Source: Heteronotia binoei (taxonomy: Eukaryota). From it: a DNA stretch of 64,000 nucleotides. Each line of letters begins with the position of its first letter. The stretch's first letter is position 1. The stretch lies in contig NC_083233.1 in assembly GCF_032191835.1 (NCBI RefSeq), positions 25,668,001 to 25,732,000 of the forward strand, given 5' to 3'. Position numbers and translations under genes: made by a program. Positions 58,601-64,000 of this stretch are shown in pieces. A model generated the notes under the pieces. It did no database searches and was not told where the DNA came from. It saw only the letters and a program-made list of their open reading frames with translations.

Positions 58601-59566
58601 GAGTGCCTTAAGGATCTGTTCTGGGACCTGTTTTGTTCAACATCTTTGTCAATGATTTGGATGAAGGAATAGAGGGAATGCTTATTAAATTTGCAGATGA
58701 TACTAAATTGGGAGGGGTTGCAAACACAGAAGAAGACAGAAACAGGATACAGGATGACCTTGACAGGCTGGAAAACTGGGCTAAAACCAATAAAATGAAT
58801 TTTAACAGTTCTGCATTTAGGTAGCAAAAATCCAATGCATGGTTATAGAATGGGGGAGACTTGTCTTAGCAGTAGTATGTGGGAAAAAGATCGAGGGATC
58901 TTAGTGGATCATATGCTGAACATGAATCAACAGTGTGATGCGGTGGCTAAAAAGGCAAATGCAATTTTGGGCTGTATCAACAGAAGTATAGTGTCCAGAT
59001 CACGTGATGTGATGGTATTGCTTTACTCTGCTCTGGTAAGACCTCATCTGGAGTATTGTGTTCAGTTTTGGGCACCACATTTTAAGAAGGATATAGACAA
59101 GCTGGAACAGGTCCAGAGGAGGGTGACGAAGATGGTGAGGGGTCTGGAGACTGAGTCCTATGAGGAAAGGTTGAAGGAGCTGGGAATGTTTAGCCTGGAG
59201 AGGAGGCGGCTGAGAGGGGAGATGATCACCATCTTCAAGTACTTGAAGGGCTGTCATATAGAGGATGGTGTGGATTTGTTTTTTGTGACCCCGGAAGGTA
59301 GGACCAGAACTGATGGGTTGAAATTAAATCAAAAGAGTTTCTGGCTCAACATTAGGAAGAACTTCCTGACCGTTAGAGCGATTCCTCAGTGGAACAGGCT
59401 TTCTTGGGAGGTGGTGGGCTCTACTTCCTTGTAGGTTTTAAAACAGAGGCTGGATGGCCATCTGACAGAAATGAAGATCCTGTGAGGTGTTTGTGAGTTT
59501 CCTGCAATGTGCAGAGGGTTGGACTAGATGACCCTAGAGGTCCCTTCCAACTCTATGATTCTATGA
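55660..59566 (+). mobile_element. Near-full ORF2 CR1 LINE (ORF1 C-terminus + EN + RT), decayed and interrupted
   Basis: ORF1 esterase-like end (FLDHGLCF...GLHL..AGKRVFGNSLANLIRR) at ~55740-55895. Endonuclease motifs [36 protein letters not shown] motifs GPDELHPRVLKEL, GNYRPISLTS, YLDFSKAFDKVPH, KFADDTKL, VRPHLEYCVQFWAP. (TTCTATGA) tail. Confidence 0.93.
57796..58467. mobile_element. 672-bp GC-rich solo-LTR-like insertion
   Basis: TG...CA termini (TGTCCC / GTGACA) and perfect 5-bp TSD CTATC (57791-57795, 58468-58472). Removing it restores CR1 RT KVPHTILVDKLVKC. GATAAA TATA-like motif at 58237. Confidence 0.8.
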
Positions 59567-60840
59567 AAAAACTTGAAAGGCAGGAATGAAGGGGTCCCAA
59601 TGCAGATCCTGTCTCAGAACAGCCCATATTGGGTTTTTACAAATAAAGTCCTGTTTGTCACCTGAAGGTTCTGTTTTATTGACTCGATTTTACACGGAGC
59701 TGGACAGAGACTTGAAAAGGGTGAAAGGTCTGTATTTACCTTGGGATTTGTGTTTGGAGAAAGGAGGATTTAAAGCTATTAGAACATCAGTTGAAGAGTT
59801 GAAAAGAAGGCAGATTGATGGGGAATCACCAACTCTGCGAGCAACAGGAGTGGACAGAAATTCCAGAGGGAGATTTTGATCCATTGTTTGATGGAGAAAC
59901 TCCAATATTTGCTGTTGATACTCAAGCCAAATGTCAGAAAAGGGCAAGGGAAACAGATATTTTTTCTGTCCCCACCCTCACATACTGTTAAGGGGTACTC
60001 AGTGAGAAGAATCAGTAGGTGAAGTTGTAGATTCCAAACAACTGACTGCTAAGAAAGCAATATCTTTCTTGTGCCATGGATCAGGTATATAGGAAAATGG
60101 AGGTCTGACATGGGACTTGCAAACCATCAAAGAATACGCAGGAAATAGCAGGAATGGACTCAGTAGAAATGAAAGTGGAACTTATTATCTGGACAGCATG
60201 ACACCAATGGTGGTATGAAGAGAAAAATGAATTATATTGAATAACTCAGGATATTCAGAATCCCACTGACTCACATAAAAATCAAGATGGACTGCAAGGA
60301 ACTGAATGTGAAATGTGTTATCCAGACAGTCTGGCGTAAAGAGTCGAAAGGGCAGGGAGCTCATTGCCTCCTGATTGCTGTTGCTATGGTTTTTCTAAGG
60401 GAGGGGAACACGGGGAAAGATCCTTGACTGACACTACCAACTTTATGTGATCCCTGATTGGTTGAGATTATAGAGAATCTCCAATGGATTGATGTCTGTA
60501 CACAGTTATGGTATCCCAAAGCAGGTGTGAACAACAGGACATACTTCCTCATTAGTTCTGCCCAACTGAAAGGCAGGGCATCATTGATTGACAATTCTCC
60601 CTCCTGTCCCCTGTCCATTTGCTGTTGATGAACACTTTGCAGGGGTATACAAGTGCCTGTGTCAGAGTGGCTATGGATATGGGAAAGTGGCAGATTGCCT
60701 GATTAATGTAAATATGATTTACTTTCATTGCAGTATTGTTGGCATCCAACCCCTTTATGATTAAAGTTAATATATGCAATTGTATCTGCAAACTGTTGGC
60801 AGTGTGAGGTTAGTGCAGGATTGTTCTGTGTTTTCTAAAA

Positions 60841-61139
60841 AAAGGTAAAAGGTAGTCCCCTGTGCAAGCACCAGTTGTTTCCGATTCTGGGGTGACGTCA
60901 CATCATGATGTTTTCACGACAGACTTTTTACAGGGTGGTTTGCCATTGTCTTCCCCAGTCATCTACACTTCCCCCCCAGCAAGCTGGGCACTCATTTTAC
61001 CAACTTCGAAAGGATGGAAGGTTGAATCAACTTTGAACCGGCTACCTGAACCCAGCTTCCACCAGGATTGAACTCAGGTCGTGAGCAGAGCTCAGACTGC
61101 AGTACTGCAGCTTTACCACTCTGCGCCACAGGGCTCCTC
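60841..61139 (-). mobile_element. Sauria SINE (Squam1)
   Basis: AAAGGTAAAAGGTAGTCCCCTGTGCAAGCACCAGT...CTGCAGTACTGCAGCTTTACCACTCTGCGCCAC is the reverse complement of 23445-23743. Confidence 0.9.
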
Positions 61140-62004
61140 TATGTGTTTTCTAGACCCCTTCAAAAATCATGTTCTTCTGGGTACAATGTACAGACATAAC
61201 ACGAGGTATCATTGGAAATTCATTGAATGATGTACTTGGGTAAGTAAAGGACACTGTACCACCAAACAGTTGGGAACTGCTGATTTACTTGCTAACTGCA
61301 GCAAGGTTACAGATCACACAAAAATAGAAAAGTGCAGAGGCATCAACTTCTTTCGATCGGTTTAGAAAAGTTTGAACAATCCTTTCCTCCAACTCAAATG
61401 ACATATTATAGTAAAGTAGTGGAAACTATCTTTCAGGATAACTTTATTGGAAATTGGAGATGATTTGTCATACATTAGAATGACAGGTTTTTAGATAAGA
61501 TACAATGATTTGTATCTTTTACTTTGATTTAAGTACTGCATTCTGGGAATAACAAGAATTATACAGAAGATTTGTGATTTGTAGATTCATAGATAAATTG
61601 GATTGTAGATTAATAGGGAAATTTTATATTTCGTTTAGGCCCCACTGGGGTATATTAGATATAAGGATTAAGTTTGTTAGATAGATTTAAATTAGATTTA
61701 TAGATTTATCTGTGCACTTTCTCTGTGAGACAGACAGAGAGAGAAAATTTCATTTCTTTTTCTGCCTGTGTTCTGCTACATCAGATGATTCTGTTTTTAG
61801 AGGTGAGTGTGCCAGTGGTATGAAATGTGGGCACAGTGAACAAAATTGGCATGTGCAAAAGACTGTATGAATACCGCCTGAACTGTGGCAACTTTTACTG
61901 CAGTAGCAGGAAATGGAAGGAAGAAGGGTAATCCTAGTTGAATTCCCTTTCCCCGGTTTTATTTATTTAATTACAAAAATGTGCATGCCATGTTTCTGTC
62001 CAAT

Positions 62005-62289
62005 GAAGAAGAAGAAGAAGATTGCAGATTCATACCCCACCATTCTCTCTGAATCAGAGACTCAGAGTGGCTCACAATCGCCTATATCTTCTCCTCCCAC
62101 AACAGACACCCTGTGAGATGGGTGGGGCTGAGAGGGCTCTCACAGCAGCTGCCCTTTCAAGGACAATTCCTGCGATAGTTATGGCTAACCCAAGGCCATT
62201 CCAGCAGGTGCAAGGGGAGAAGTGGGGAATCAAACCTGGTTCTCCCAGATAAGAGTCCGCACACTTAACCACTACACCAAGCTGGCTCT
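62005..62289 (-). mobile_element. Squam3-like SINE
   Basis: (GAA)n tail; head CCGCACACTTAACCACTACACCAAGCTGGCTCT. Confidence 0.88.
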
Positions 62290-62517
62290 TCAAGCTGAAG
62301 GCCACCAAGCTGACTAACAGTTAAAATAAAACATTCTAAAATCTGTCATTAGAGCAATTCATAAGAAACAATTAAAACAAAACTAAAATGTACATCGAAA
62401 GCACAGGAAACAGTAATTAAAACATAGAGCAGGAAGGAGGGATCAGTGAAGGAATGCCAGACAAAACAAACAAGGCAGAGGGCAGTGATAGATGGGGTCA
62501 GGTGAGTCTCTCTAAAG

Positions 62518-63157
62518 CAGGTGTGGGGAACCTTTTTTCTGTCAAGGGCCATATGGATATTTATAACATCATTTGCGGGCCATAAAAAATTATCAACTTA
62601 AAAAACAGTGTTCCGCCAAGGGAGAATGATTTAGGCCAGCAAAATTAATACAAATAATTGTTTTTCTATTTGAAGTCATGTGGGGAGAGCCTAATCTGGC
62701 ACCCACACACACACGGCCCGCTGCCCTAGGCAAATGCATAGGTCCACGGCTTTTTTGTAGAAAAAGCCCAGCAGGAACTCAGTAGCATATTATACCACAT
62801 CCCTTAATATTATCATATTAGGTCACACACTCGTTAGCATATTAGGCCACACCATCTGGGATAATCAAGTGCAAACTGAACCGTGGCAGTAACTTTTCCA
62901 GGCCCTGCAGCAATTTTGGCTGGCCAGCCAGGCCCCAGGGAGGCTGCTGCACAGTACATCTGGGCCCTGTGATCCCTGCCTGGCCCTGGGGAGGCTGCTG
63001 CACAGCGCGGCTGGGCCCCACAATCCTCGCTGGGCAGCCAGGCCCCAGAAAGGCTGCCACATGGCTTGGCTCGGTTCAGCCCAGCAATCCCCGAGGGCCA
63101 CACCAAGTGATCTCGAGGGCCGCATATGGCCCTCGGGACAGAGGTTCCCCACCCCTG
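62518..63157. mobile_element. hAT-Charlie-like non-autonomous element, 640 bp
   Basis: TIRs CAGGTGTGGGGAACCT / AGGTTCCCCACCCCTG; perfect 8-bp TSD CTCTAAAG (62510-62517, 63158-63165), close to the Charlie NTCTAGAN target. Confidence 0.88.
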
Positions 63158-63249
63158 CTCTAAAGAGAGAGTTTTAGATTCTTGGTGCTTCAATGGAAAG
63201 AGGTCTTTCTCAGGTTGCCACCCACCTAATCTCACAAAGCAGGGGCACA

Positions 63250-63520
63250 TGAAGTAGGAGCTTCAAGGATGACTGCAGTGGTCAGGTTAGTTCATTTGGG
63301 AGAAGGCAGTCCTTAAAGTGTGCTGCCTCCTAAGATGTATAGGGTTTAAAAGCTCCATCCCAGCACTTCGAATTGTGCCTGGAACGAAACTGGTAGCTTG
63401 TATAGATGTGTCAAGTTTGGAGCAATATGGTTCCGGTGACCCACTGTAGTCACCGTTCTGCACCGACTGAAATTTCTGAGCACTTTTCAAGGGCAGCCCC
63501 ATGTAGATCAATTTGCCATA
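63250..63520 (-). mobile_element. Decayed L2 LINE ORF2 C-terminal fragment
   Basis: Minus-strand translation LIYMGLPLKSAQKFQSVQN matches the L2 motif LYxGLPLKxxxKLQLVQN. Confidence 0.65.
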
Positions 63521-64000
63521 CAAGGGACAGCCACCGCCCTGCAAACTTGTTCAGCACTGAGTACTGACAGTGTGAAGAAGTCTTTTCCTTCTTTGCCTAG
63601 GTTGTTGTGGGGAATGGGAATTCCCTGTTAACATTTAAAGGAATTCTGAAAATCTGGAAATTCTTTTTAACATTCGGAACCCAAAGCGACACAATCTGAA
63701 TCTGAATTTTCACAGGGGCGCACATCTCTCCTTCGCGCCTCGCCATCCTGAAGGGATTAGAAAAACATCCTAACTGGCCTTTGCTCCTCTGCCTCTAAAT
63801 CAATGTTCAGCCTCGTCCTCAATTATCGTATGAAGATGTTCCACTTTTTTTTTTGATGGATGGCTTAATAGACTTGCTACCCAATTCCCCACCTATAGGT
63901 ATTTCATAACAGCAAATTGATTTACATCCCTGCTCAAGTAACTCTTGATGAATTAGTGCGGCTTGGTTGTCGGTGGACAAGGGAAATTCGAGCGACACAA

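Noticed and set aside
59570-60780. Very old L1-like fragment
   Set aside because: Only faint motif hints (KWRSDMG; AGGCAGGG...CTCCCTCCTGTCCC); cannot be supported without alignment.

Overview
This is vertebrate nuclear DNA from a squamate reptile, most likely a gecko. That is inferred from the repeat landscape: Sauria/Squam1, Squam2-like and Squam3-like SINEs, BovB, two CR1 subfamilies and many hAT MITEs. The window is dominated by transposable elements and I could not identify any host protein-coding gene. The only recognisable coding sequences are decayed LINE ORFs: L1-clade ORF2 C-terminus, BovB RT C-terminus, CR1 ORF1 end plus ORF2, and an L2 fragment. One 519-N assembly gap lies at 18673-19191. 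The most unusual structure is a ~4.5 kb composite hAT-type element (16835-21311), bounded by matching TIRs and target duplication. It carries a cluster of ETS/CRE palindromes, a ~431-bp-arm palindrome, two concatemer arrays made of retroposon 3' tails, a 52-bp GC minisatellite, a nested hAT with a perfect 8-bp TSD, and a perfect 95-bp palindrome. Other highlights are a Penelope-type minimal hammerhead ribozyme (13391-13428, minus strand), a CpG-rich solo-LTR-like insert with a 5-bp TSD splitting a CR1 RT, a hAT MITE with two 23-bp G.U-only hairpins, and a 51-bp inverted template-switch footprint. All coordinates and TSDs were read by eye. Repeat family names come from recalled consensus features, not from database searches.
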